Below the pieces are notes generated by a model, which was not told the origin of the DNA, did not search any database, and was given only the letters and a program-made list of their open reading frames with translations. Shown here one piece after another: positions 1 through 11,078 of a stretch of 64,000 nucleotides of DNA; the first letter of the stretch is position 1, and the number at the start of each line of letters is the position of its first letter. The stretch comes from Penicillus capitatus (taxonomy: Eukaryota > Plantae > Chlorophyta). The translations under genes and the position numbers were made by a program. The stretch lies in contig OZ287711.1 in NCBI GenBank assembly GCA_965649825.1, positions 107,201-171,200 of the forward strand, given 5' to 3'.

Positions 1-2
1 AG

Positions 3-1603
3 GACACGGAGGCGCCGGTACCAACCCCAAAAATTCTTCAAGCCGAAGTCGTAACCGACTCGCCGAGTCTGAGCCTCGTCCGAACAACCCCTCCTCCGCT
101 CGATAAGCGACAGCACAATCTTCGTACCCTTGCTGAGGTCGGCGACGAGAGTTTGAGAGTGTGGATGAGATGCGTGCATTGTGGTGCAGATTATGGCGAT
201 TGCGCTGCCCGCTTTGGGGACCGTCTTAGCAGATCCGCTCATGTCGCTGGTCGATACGGCATGCGTCGGGCAAATCTCCGCTATCCAGTTGGCGGCACTC
301 GGACCGAACACCGCCATCTTCAACATGGTTTTCGCCATTTTCGGCGTAATGGGTGCAGCACTGGCCAATTCCATGGCACGCCAGTCGCTAAAAGCGTTCG
401 GCCTGACGAAGGACGAAAAACAGAGACGCAGAGAAGCAAACGAGACTATACTCAGCCACACCCTTGTGTCGGCTGTTCTACTAGGAGTTGCCGTGACCGC
501 CATGCTCTTGTCCTGTGGACCAACGCTGCTGCGCTGGATGGGCACGTCGTCTCATGTGATGACAGCCGCTTTGCAGTATCTCTATGTTCGAGCACTCGCA
601 ACGCCTGCTGTCCTCTTCATCGCTGTATCGCAAGGTCTGGAGTCTCTGTAGCTTCGGGGCAGCTTCACAACTCAATGTCCATCCAGGTGCCTGTCTTGGG
701 CAACAGGATATGTGGACTCCGATGAAAGTGGTGTTAACGGCCGGAATGGTGAATTTGATTGGAGACATTGGTTTTATTATGTGGGCAGGCCTCGGGACGT
801 TCGGAGCTGCTGCAGCAACGGCAGCTTCTCAAATCGCAGGGGCCATTTTCTTTTTCTACTACCTTCGCAGAGGTGGATTAGACGGCCAAGCCGTACGGCT
901 CAAGTGGAAAGGACTGCCGAACCGCACGACTCTGAAGCCCATTCTCGACATGGGACGCGTCCTGGCTTCAAGGAACTGTCTGTTAATGCTGGCGTACACA
1001 GGAATGACAGCTGTCGCCACAGCGATGGGCACACGTACATTGGCGGCTCACCAAGTGGCTCTTCAGCTGTTTTGGTTTCTGGGATTCGTCCCCGAGCCGC
1101 TCTCGCTCACAGCACAATCTCTTCTGGCAAGGGATCGCGATAACAGGGCCAAAGTGCGCAGCATCTCAAAAGCTCTTCTCAGATTCGGCGCTATGGCTGG
1201 TATCGTTCTGGCCGCCATTCATGGCATTCTACTTACTCTGCTGCCGCGTTGCTTCACTTCAGATCTTTCTGTTATCGCTGCCTTTCAGGAAGTGATTCCT
1301 CACGGAATGGCGGCTCTATTTCTCTGTTCTGTTGCCATGATGTTTGACGGTATCTGTATTGGCATGAATCAATTCAAGCATCTCACCAGTATTGTCTATA
1401 CGTCCACTCTTGCAACGCTGGGCTATCTCTGGGTTGCTCAGAGACTGCATCTTGGACTCAATGGCATCTGGATGTCACTGGGGATCTTCTTTGCCCTAAG
1501 GACCCTTCTTCATATCACACACTTGACCAGAAACTGGAATCTGTCTCCGTTCAGTATGCCGGAATCGGCGCCGTCACTTGAGCCACAGTTTGCGACGAAC
1601 TAG
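3..1603 (+). CDS. MATE (multidrug and toxin extrusion) transporter, DinF/DTX45-47-like; 5' end lies outside the window
   Basis: Motifs IALPALGTVLADPLMSLVDTACVG, LAALGPN and LAAHQV are typical of MATE proteins. Exons 3-137, 190-634 and 687-1603 are joined by two 52-nt GT-AG introns (138-189, 635-686) that restore the frame. Confidence 0.93.
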
Positions 1604-3461
1604 AAAGATATCCTGGAGAGATTACTGTCGACGGTGTCAAAGAAACTTTCCACGATGCTGAACGGATCTAGATATGTGTTTCTGTCTGTCTGGATTCGCA
1701 TGTTCCTTGCCTCTTTTAGTTATTTGCAAAAGCTGGCAATATGCGAAAGCTCTCAACAGTTTTTTTGTTGTCTGAGCTCTTCTAAACAAATGTTTACCTA
1801 AATCAAGGTTAAGCCTGTTCATCCCATTGCCTCGTTCCGAAGGTTGGGGCCGACTCTGAGTGTGTAGCTGTGGAGAAGACACAACGGTTTGGATAGTGAC
1901 AGTGAATTTTGAGGCGGCGCAAGACTGCGTCTCCTGTTTCATTAGTTGCGCGGAACATTGTCCATCTGTTATAAGGTCTTTGACCCCGTTCATATCCAAT
2001 CATCCTAAGCATAGAAGCATAGATCATTGAACATTGGGCTTGAACTCACTGCCACGCTGTCTCCCTTGTATACCTTGACTGAGCTGCGTGGTTCAGTGTT
2101 CCTCTCCTACCACCTCTGTAGTCTATCGACAGCAGACTTTTGTAGCTGAGTTGATATCTTGTGCTCTGACGATAGTTCCATGGCGGCTTTTATGAAGCCG
2201 TGTTGCTTAGACCACATCGATCTGCGTGTATGAAGCTCGATCTATTAAAACGTCAACAAGATTTGCAGTCCGGCGTGGGTTCGATGTTGAAACGCGGACG
2301 ACAAGGTTGGGATGAGCAGACAAGTCAGAGGATAGCGGAGGTAATTCTTTGCCAAAAAGTGGTGCTGCCTTCTTTCTGCATGTCGAATTTGTTTATCACG
2401 TCAGTTCGTCCAATGATATTCACCTGTTTTCTATAGTGGACGGAGGCGTCACGAGTCAGGCCGCGAGCGAGAGCGAGTAAAGGCAGAGCTCACAACTGTG
2501 TTCAAACAAGGTCATGTTTGGCTCAAATTCAGGTTTTGTATCCATAAAGTATTGCGACTTTCCTAGGCAAATGAGTTAGCTGGCGCCAAAAGCCGAAGAA
2601 GAGGGGCCCCTTCGCAGTACATGAGAGCCTTTTTCCCGAAGCAGTTCACAGGCACGCTCTCGGCCACTGAAAAATTGACAGCGTCGAGGTATACTGCTGC
2701 AAACACACGGATTACAGAGAGTAGAGTTCAACAGGGGACGCGCATTAAGTATCCTCATGGTGATGTGACCCGAAAGGGGACAGCTGTCCGAATTGTACGA
2801 CAGCGGGGCTAACAGCTGTCCCCTACGACAGACAGCCTAGACGATTTGATTTTTGTGCAGAATTGATTGCGAACGCATCTTTCTTAGTGTTCGCCATTCT
2901 GGACGATAACACGATAACAGTTGTACGACGATATCTGTTCTGCACGACACATAGACCAGCAGCTTTTGAACAAACCATAGGTTATCGAACTTTTCTAGAT
3001 GGTCGAAATGGTGCCTCGGGATAATGCAGATGCAGAGTCGTTTTGTATGGTCCAGAAAAAGAGAACACTGACGCGGCCAACTGGATTGTCACGTCACCAT
3101 GTAGGTTGTGAAAGTCGACCTGACGGCCGAGTCCAGGCCCGATAGCGAGTCGCGCTGGAACTCCGTCGGCAAGGCTCTGCCGAATCTAAATATTCACTTC
3201 GCGAACCCAAGAGGTTCGCCACGTTGACTAGGACTACCCGATCAAGCTGTGTGAGGTTTGCCCCTACCGCTTTCACACCAATATGAAGTGTTTGGTGAAG
3301 TTCCCACCGAAGTTCACTGCGTTACTACTTTTCTTTGTGAGTGTTAAGACGGTCCCGATTCGTGTATGGAGGCATTAGTTTCTGTATTGTTTCATTAAAG
3401 AAGCTGGGGCTTTTTAGCCAAACTCAGCAACATAAGATGGGGACTCGGCTCGTCGTTCAAA

Positions 3462-3911
3462 ATGACCCAAGCAGAAATGTTCTGCCAAGCTGCCGCGGCC
3501 GGTTTGGAACTCCCCGTCACAGATCTTGACATGAGAGATCAGATTGGACTCCAACAATCAACTGTGAAGAAGGCTATTCGTGAGATGCTGGATGCTCGGA
3601 CTCAGTCATACTTGTCCGAACAAGGAACTGGGTGTGTAATTCTACGACTGGGTATACCCTTTGAGTCTGGTTCATGCTGGATGTTGAACCCTAATCATTC
3701 GAGAGGTGAATCTTCACAGCTCAACCAATTTGTCAGTAATCACTTCAGGTCACAGGCATATTTTCACCGCTTCAACATCTCTGAAAGACACGCACTGTAC
3801 AAACACTCTATCAGACATTCTCAATTTAGAGATCACGTCTTAATGAGATGCAGTCAATTTGACTGTGAGAGAGAAGAGTTGTACGAAGAACTAGGGGTGA
3901 CCCAGAGCTAA
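3462..3911 (+). CDS. hypothetical protein (probably the last exon(s) of a multi-exon gene starting near 3.0-3.4 kb)
   Basis: 149-codon ATG ORF in AT-rich surroundings; the frame stays open upstream to a TTTTAG acceptor. No family recognised. Confidence 0.3.
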   Translation: MTQAEMFCQAAAAGLELPVTDLDMRDQIGLQQSTVKKAIREMLDARTQSYLSEQGTGCVILRLGIPFESGSCWMLNPNHSRGESSQLNQFVSNHFRSQAYFHRFNISERHALYKHSIRHSQFRDHVLMRCSQFDCEREELYEELGVTQS

Positions 3912-4955
3912 TCAGTCTGGCCGCGCATTCTGGAAAGCCCTAAACGCCTTGCTGTTCCTTTGCTAAATCTCGTAAAGCGTACGCTCAACAGATGGATTTC
4001 TCTTCCCCTAAGTTCCGATTCTGATCCTACTTTGCAGAATAATTGTTTAGACAATGTTTCATCGATAAAGGAAATACCAACCTCCTCAGCTGGCTGACAT
4101 GCTCGACTTGTCTTTACCGAATTAGAATTCACAATTCACGATTGGAGTTTTTTTCTTTGCTTTTCAATCTCCGTAGTTCAAAATAAGATGGTTTTTTGGC
4201 AGCTAGCAGTTACCAGGGTGGACTGCTTACTAGGGCCCTAAACGACACCCTGCATGGCTGATAGGTGTAAACAAACAAAAGTCATGTAAAACCGCCAACG
4301 TTATTATTATTATTAAACTCAGCAACATGTTTAAACTTTCGATAGAACGAAACCATTTCCATGTCCATTGTCGATTCTCTCCGTTCGCACGAACACATGA
4401 CGACAATTATGCCGTCGGTATGTTCAACCTTTTGACACGTGTGGACAGCGGATGGTCGAGTCGTGCAATTTCTTGCGTTATCTCTGGAATCTATCACCAA
4501 TCTTCGCCGCGTTCGCCTTGAAGAATAGCAGCAGAAACACGATGCGATTGCCGCTTCTCATACGATATCCAGGCCTTTACACCATCAACTCGGACGAGGG
4601 GAAAATCTCAAAAAGATGCGAATCTTTCCTTGTAAAGCCATGCGAGGTAATATCGCCGACGACGTTTGCAATATGCAATCACCTGTCCCACGCAAACATC
4701 AGTACACACGTATGCCTCCACTAAGAAAGGCGCCTGTTTGTCACGCGCTTCATCAAAAGACACGTACATCCCGAGTTTGCGTTTCGAAGATGCTAAGGAC
4801 TGTGTCTTGTCTTCGTCTGCCGTCACATCAGACGTTTACAGACGTTACATGCGTGTCGCTGCGGAGACTTGTCGGTGCCCGTCCCGCTCGCAGTCGAGAG
4901 AAACAGTCGTATCGTTCAACGCGACAGCCACACGTTTCGATCTCCACAGAGAACG

Positions 4956-5489
4956 ATGCCTTCTCGTCTTCTGTCGCTCTTTCTGCTCCTCTCCGTCGCT
5001 GTTGTCTCGATCGAAGGCGCATGTGCACCGCCCCCTTCAGGGTTGTGGATCGGTTCAATCGACGAGCCGCTGCTCGGCCCCATCATCTTCAAGAGGAAAT
5101 CCACTGGATACCTAATCTTGAAAAAACAAGACAAGCCGTCCACCATCTACAAAGGTTGGCCGAGATCTTTGCCGTCTCAAGAAGAGCCTTTGACGAATGC
5201 AGGTCAGGTTCATCTAAATTCCGAGGCGTCCGGCTTGAAATTTAAGACGCTCTTCAAGCTCCACGCGTTTTGGTCCCAGGATGACTGCACCTTGCGTGGG
5301 ACTCTGATGGCTGAGGCGGTCGGAATCCATGACAGCATCATGTGGAAGTTCGATGGCGAGAATTTGCAAGGGGTGTATGTGACAATGCTGTTTGGCAAAT
5401 TTTCATTGCCGTACACCAGCATGCACGTCTTTGAGTACGCGGGAAAGAGGTCCGACAATGACCTTCACCCTCTAGCCGCCTTGCAATAG
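4956..5489 (+). CDS. secreted protein of unknown function (~160-177 aa, beta-strand rich)
   Basis: The ATG at 4956 gives a signal peptide (MPSRLLSLFLLLSVAVVSIEG). A probable in-frame 48-nt GT-AG intron starts near 5155. There is an N-terminal G-x-W motif (PPSGLWIGS). Confidence 0.6.
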   Translation: MPSRLLSLFLLLSVAVVSIEGACAPPPSGLWIGSIDEPLLGPIIFKRKSTGYLILKKQDKPSTIYKGWPRSLPSQEEPLTNAGQVHLNSEASGLKFKTLFKLHAFWSQDDCTLRGTLMAEAVGIHDSIMWKFDGENLQGVYVTMLFGKFSLPYTSMHVFEYAGKRSDNDLHPLAALQ

Positions 5490-6062
5490 GTCCATTCTAT
5501 GAGAGCGTTCTCGAGATGGTTTCCATCCCTCTTTTCCTAGGACATCTTCTCAGGATCTCCAGTCCGTCGAGCAAAACGCAAGTCGATGAGATTGTTTGTT
5601 CTCTGAATACTGGCTTCGACGATTGGGGTGCACTGTCTACAGGAGATACGGCCACGGGGATTTCTGTTTGTCTTTGTCGTTTTCTGTGTAATGCGTAAAC
5701 TGCTGCCCGCGTCACGGCAAGTGACTTTTGCTTGCCATCACGCGTGGCACTCAACTCCCATCAACTGATCAAATCTTCAAACAGTCTGTTTTAACCGAAG
5801 AGTGCTGTGTGATGACGACTCGTCGCAGAAAAATGAGCATCGCGTGACTTATTCTGCAGAACGGACGCGAACTGGCTGTCGCTCGTGATGGGACCGAGTG
5901 CCATATTGAACGACGCTTGACACGTCGAGAGTCACAGAAAAGAAAAAGAACACCCGTGTGCCCTGTATCCCACTGAGCTGTCACCCGATTCCATCTTCGC
6001 TCGAGATGCATCGACCGGATCCATGCATTCAGCTGAATTCGGTGAAACGGCACAGCACGTGA

Positions 6063-7476
6063 TCAACTCGACAAGAGCGATCGCACGGTGTGCACAACTC
6101 GCAGAGCCGTCGGCAAATACAGAGGTTCGAAGACGAGTGGAAAATGCGTGTCCATGCCGCAGATGCGCTTCGGCGGTTTCTCCAGAGAGTAGAAACAGGT
6201 GTCTGCAATCTTCGAAACGATCTCAGCTCCAAAGCCTGACGTGACAGGTGCCTCGTGGCTCACCACCAGATGTCCTGTGCCACCGATCGCCTGCGCCGAG
6301 GCCACACGTGCAAACGCCGCTGACCTGTCTTGCGAACCGACTTCTGAACAGTGTCGAGATCCCAGGGGAGCAACGTCCGCAGATCCACGACCTCTGAGGA
6401 GATACCGTCCTGTTCCTGAGAGTAACAGCCATTTAGAGCCGCCCGTATGGTGCGAGACACACTTGGAGCCGTGCGGCTGCCTCCTTTAAGACCCAGACCT
6501 GGGCGCCCCATCCCACCAGGGTCACATCATTTCCTTCACGGATGATGCGTGCCTGACCCAGAGGAATCTTGTAACGTCCCTCCGGCACGGATTCCGTTTT
6601 TGTGCGATACCTACACACACAAAGAAAAGTGCTTCGGCATGTGTGACATAGAGTGAGATAGATGAACAAGATCTTCGGCTCGAAGAAAATGGCGGGGTCG
6701 GGCTCATCCACGCAGGAAAGGAACAGGCCTTTCGCCTCTGCAGGCGAGCTCGGTACCACGACCACGATGCCCGGTATATGAGTAAAGAACGATTCCGGAC
6801 TCTGAGAGTGGTAATGTCCTCCGTGACCCACAGCTCCTGAGCGTCGATCAGTTTCATCGTCCGAGGACGAGGGACGCACCATTCGGTGTCCGGATTGTCA
6901 GACTGCCACAGTTGAAAGCTCCTCCACTGCGATAGCGGTACTTGGCTGCCTCGTTGGTGATCTGATCGAATGCCGGGAAGATGTAGTCGGCAAACTGGAT
7001 CTCGGCGATCGGCGTCAATCCCATCGACGCCATTCCAATCCCCATTCCCACAATCCCCTACACAGACAAAGTCTGTCTGTCACCTGCCATTCGGAGAGTG
7101 CTTGTCGTTTGCGTTCTCGGCGAGTGGAGTGTTGAACACGCGATGCTGTCCAAATCGCTCGGCCAGACCGTCCGTGCAGCGAAACACACCACCGAAGGCG
7201 ACGTCCTCGCCAAAGATGTAGGACCTGCAGTGGTCCGTCTGTCGGTTTGCTCTGATTCTGCCTTCAGCTCGTGAACCTGCTGTTCGTCTCAAGCGTGAGG
7301 GCGAGGGCGTCGTTGATGGCCTTAAGCATCGTGACGTCCGCGCGTTTCCGCGTTGCGAGGTCCTTCTGGTACTCCTCTCCCGAGAGAGTGGCTGCCGTCT
7401 CGAGACAACGGCTGTGCGATATCCATCCTCTCGTCCATGTCTTCAGGAGCTTCGACAGAGAACCCAGTCGCAGCAT
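6063..7476 (-). CDS. BCKDHB: 2-oxoisovalerate (branched-chain alpha-keto acid) dehydrogenase E1 beta subunit, mitochondrial
   Basis: Spliced exons give [78 protein letters not shown] and [14 protein letters not shown]. The N-terminus is a basic presequence. Confidence 0.97.
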
Positions 7477-8244
7477 TCGCACGAACGATGACGGAAAGTG
7501 ACGTGGACGGCAGACCAGAAAAACACCTCACCGACTATGCCTGCCTCCAATCATCGCGGACGCCTTTCCTTCCGTATGAGGCAGAAACTGAACAGGCGAA
7601 AACCTTGACAGAGAACGGATTCCGAGTGACGAGAAGTGGTCTCATCGTTGCAACCATCCTGTCTCGTACAATGCACCAGAGGAAACAGATGTCTGACGAT
7701 CGTCCAGATGACCACGACATCACCACCTGATGGACAGATTCCCTTCAGACTCACAAGATTCTCACTCGTTACTTTTTTCAGAGGATGTCTTAGAAATCGT
7801 CGTCGCATTCACTAGTGCCGTCCCATCATTCCATCACAGAGAAATAGATAGATAGCTTGGTGCTGGGACTTACGGACAGACAGGAGAGTGTCAACTGTGC
7901 TTGAAACGATGTGTGTACCGACGGACAGGCAGCCGAGCTGGTCTGTCGAAGAGAGGACACGATCGCGATCCGATATCTGATAAACCAACTGCATATCTGT
8001 TAAAATCAGAACAATCACTATGGAATTGTAGATGCAGCATCTGGCTAATCGATCCCACTTAACCCACAGACCAAAAAATAAAGACATACTCATTTCTTTG
8101 CCCGCGATTTCTTGGAAATGAATGGATTTGGAAAAGGTTTTGCTCATCGATCAGGGTAACGATGGGGTAAAGCACGAATGTGGAAAAGGAGATGTAACCT
8201 TCTTAAAAAATGCCCCAGCAGAGATTGTGATAAATAAAAACGTT

Positions 8245-9685
8245 TCAAAAGACTTTGCCGAAAATGAACTGTTCGACATAAGAATCAATGGATTCACGAT
8301 ACTCTTGTGCAACGCTCTTAGCGATTTCTTCGACAAAGGTCACGACAGTCGGATCTTCGAATCTCACAAGTGCTGCGCCCTCTTCGGTCGTGACTGGGGC
8401 AGATCTTTGCACTCTGAGATACTGATTCGGTTTGACGTTGGGATTCGAATAGTAGATGTAATCTGTTAGAGCTGACAGTGCGTCGATTCCACTGAATATG
8501 GTCAGCAACAGCCACGCGTCCTCGCCAAGCCAACGAATCGCCCCTTCGTTCGACAGTCCAAGTAGACTGGAGGTGGCTCTTCCGTTACTGATCGAGAGCA
8601 GAGCACTGCTTTCGATGTCTGCAGCGCCAGTCTCGGCCGCGACAAAACTGCTCGCTGGCAATTCTGTTGATGCCAATGGATTGACTCCATCGATCATGAC
8701 GAACTCCACAGTGTCATTGCCGACTTGGGATACATTCTTTGCCGCATTATATCCAGGCACAGAACCTGTGGCAACGCCGATGTCTCTGAGATAGTAATTC
8801 TTGCCTTCCTCAAACGTAAAATCCGGTGTGAAGCGTCCATTACTGGCAGGAAGCGGTCTCGGTCCAGAACGCACCACCATTCGAGCCGCGGACGTCACTG
8901 ACGGTTCTCTGAACTTGTTCTGAACGAAAAAGACTCCTTCCGATCTGATCAGGTCATAGGCGGGAATGATGACAGAGGTGTCACAGTCCTCCAGCGTCGT
9001 GTTTCCATAGAAAGCTTCGAGGGTGCTTTCCAATCCGTCGGACGGATACAGGGGCGTCAGGACGCCTGGCGCGTTGATATTTGTGACATCCAGCGGCGTC
9101 CCTGCCGTGAAATTGATGGACCCCGTCGGATAGATGGTGCTGCCGAATTCGATGTAGAAGACGCGAAGAGCCGCGGCGCCGCCGGCGGGTATTACCCCAT
9201 ACCTCGCAACGATGTCTGGTCTTTCCAGCACAGCACGTACGGCGCCCTGACCTCCGCGCGAGGCAAGATACAACGTCGTCCAGCCACCGGCCGAGATACC
9301 CGTCATGCAGTCAAAGTAATCGGCGAGGTTGATATCGAAGTCATCGACGCTGCGGATGTGCCCGAAAGGGTGCAGCAAGTGGGGATTCTTGACGAGGTAT
9401 CTCTTTATGGACTGTTCGACTTCGATAAGGATAGTCGTCGAGAAAATAGCGAGGAGGCCGCCTCCGTCCACGGCGAGAATTGTTTTGAACGTGCTGCCTG
9501 GGGGTCTGCGAATGAGTGGCCTAAAGGCAGAAACACAGAACAGTTTACAGCCAGCTGTTTAACCCGTAAACGCACTTTCCGGTGGATGATAGTTTTGTCT
9601 CCGTAGGATAGTGACCATGTTTGCTGTGAACGACATTCGCCAAAAGGCAAAAAGAAACGAAGATAACACCTGCGCAAAACTTCAT
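8245..9685 (-). CDS. secreted patatin-like phospholipase / lipid acyl hydrolase, copy A
   Basis: Signal peptide MKFCAGVIFVSFCLLANVVHS and one GT-AG intron after ...STGK. Motifs are DGGG (here DGGGLLA), the nucleophile elbow GISAG and the catalytic Asp in MIDG. Confidence 0.93.
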
Positions 9686-9869
9686 ACTCATACTGCTCGG
9701 CAAAACAATCGCGACGAAAACTATTGGATACGTGAAGATAAAACGCTGGCGGTTTCGTGCGTACGGTGTTTTATGCTTCATGAACCGTTCGTTCGTTGGA
9801 CGTGACGCGTTTCGCCTTCGTGGACGGTTCCATAATTCAAGCTGCGAGACAGCTAACGGAGAAACCGAA

Positions 9870-10500
9870 CCTCCGGCTAGTCATTTTTAGACGCACCTGC
9901 AACCTCTGCCATTGTTTACATCCGTTCAAGGATCTGAGGAAAACAAACATAATCAACAAAGCTTCGACGTCATATTGCGTTCAAATGGTGCCCAGTCATG
10001 GAAAGGAAATGCAGACCGTGCATGGACCGACGCGAATAATCATCAGGAAGCAATATCCAAGAAAGGTACGTTTACCGAAGACAAAAAACAGCGCGGTTTA
10101 TGTGATATACATATGTGATGCATAGAGAACTGCTTCGTCATCGTAGATGGATGTATCGTGATGACGTAAATCGAATCTGTCTCTTCAGCAGTTGACAGGT
10201 ACATCCATTTGTATCGAGCTTGTTGCGTTTTGAGTTTCTGACTTGATGGGAGAAGCGATCGTTCAAGTGGAAGTCCAGTGGATCGCAAGATTGGATGACC
10301 GGAACTCGCCGTAAGCACGGGCTGGACGCTGCTTTAGTGGATGGAAGACAGCAGTGCTCTTCTCACACTATTACCTGCAAAATGACGCGCCGTTGCATTA
10401 TTCGTGGAGAGCGAAAAGGAACGAACCTGTTATCATCTCGTTTTCCTGCTACGCACAATTATGGACCCACAAGCGAACTCTTCTGAAAAGACCATCCTGT
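9870..10500 (+). pseudogene. relic of an unknown spliced gene divergent from patatin A
   Basis: Homologous to 23560-24030 and 27620-28283. GT/AG intron ends are conserved in all copies. The peptide WMYRDDVNRICLFS...SDLMGEAIVQVEVQWIARLDD is interrupted by stops. Confidence 0.55.
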
Positions 10501-11078
10501 GCGATTTGACAGATGTACTGTCCAGTGGCCAGCCCAGGGTAGCGAAGGTAGACTGAAGAAGGTCTCTCTCTAAACAGCACTTTCCACGTTGCAGTCAATC
10601 GAGGAAGAAGAGAAGACGAGAATAAAGCAACGGGAGCATCACGAAAGCTCTTCTATCGCTATGAGCTCTCCCTGTGGCGATGGTTGGTAGCTGAAGGCCT
10701 TCTGTCTCCGAGGGCGCTTCGACGATGGCCATGATTCACGACACTGTGCCGAACAAACCCACCAGATCCACCACCTCCGTCACATCATTCAGCGATTTTA
10801 CCCTCTCTGGCTCTCAACACAGAAACTAACGGTATCATGCCTGTCATGACAACAAATGCTGTTCATGTCGCGATTCTGACAGCGGAGATGTAATTAGTGG
10901 TTGGCAAGTCGGTTGTCAGATTCGTTAGATCGATGTCAAATCCGCGGTATAAATGCACGCCGCGCCGTCATTCTGCAGAGAGCGCTGTTTGGATTCCCAC
11001 AGCGGTGCTTCTTTTGCCCCAACTCGGTCGTTTTGAGAGCCGCTCAAGTTTTCCCGTTCGTCCTGTCTCAGTGACGCC

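Larger units (their letters stand above)
7555..10750. repeat. segmental duplication unit A (3' flank + patatin + divergent relic gene)
   Basis: Collinear homology to 21239-24030 (junction cgcggacgcc at 7555/21239) and to ~25485-28520, in the same orientation. Confidence 0.92.

Noticed and set aside
2036-2095. tRNA gene on the minus strand (CAGCTCAGTCAAGGTA ... GAGTTCAAGCCC resembles A and B boxes)
   Set aside because: The acceptor and T stems do not pair and no anticodon arm forms. At most this is a decayed tRNA-derived SINE head, and there is no second copy in the window to support that.
2778-2825. Palindrome GGACAGCTGTCC and a second CAGCTG E-box as bHLH sites
   Set aside because: Short palindromes of this length are expected by chance, and no target gene or conservation is evident.
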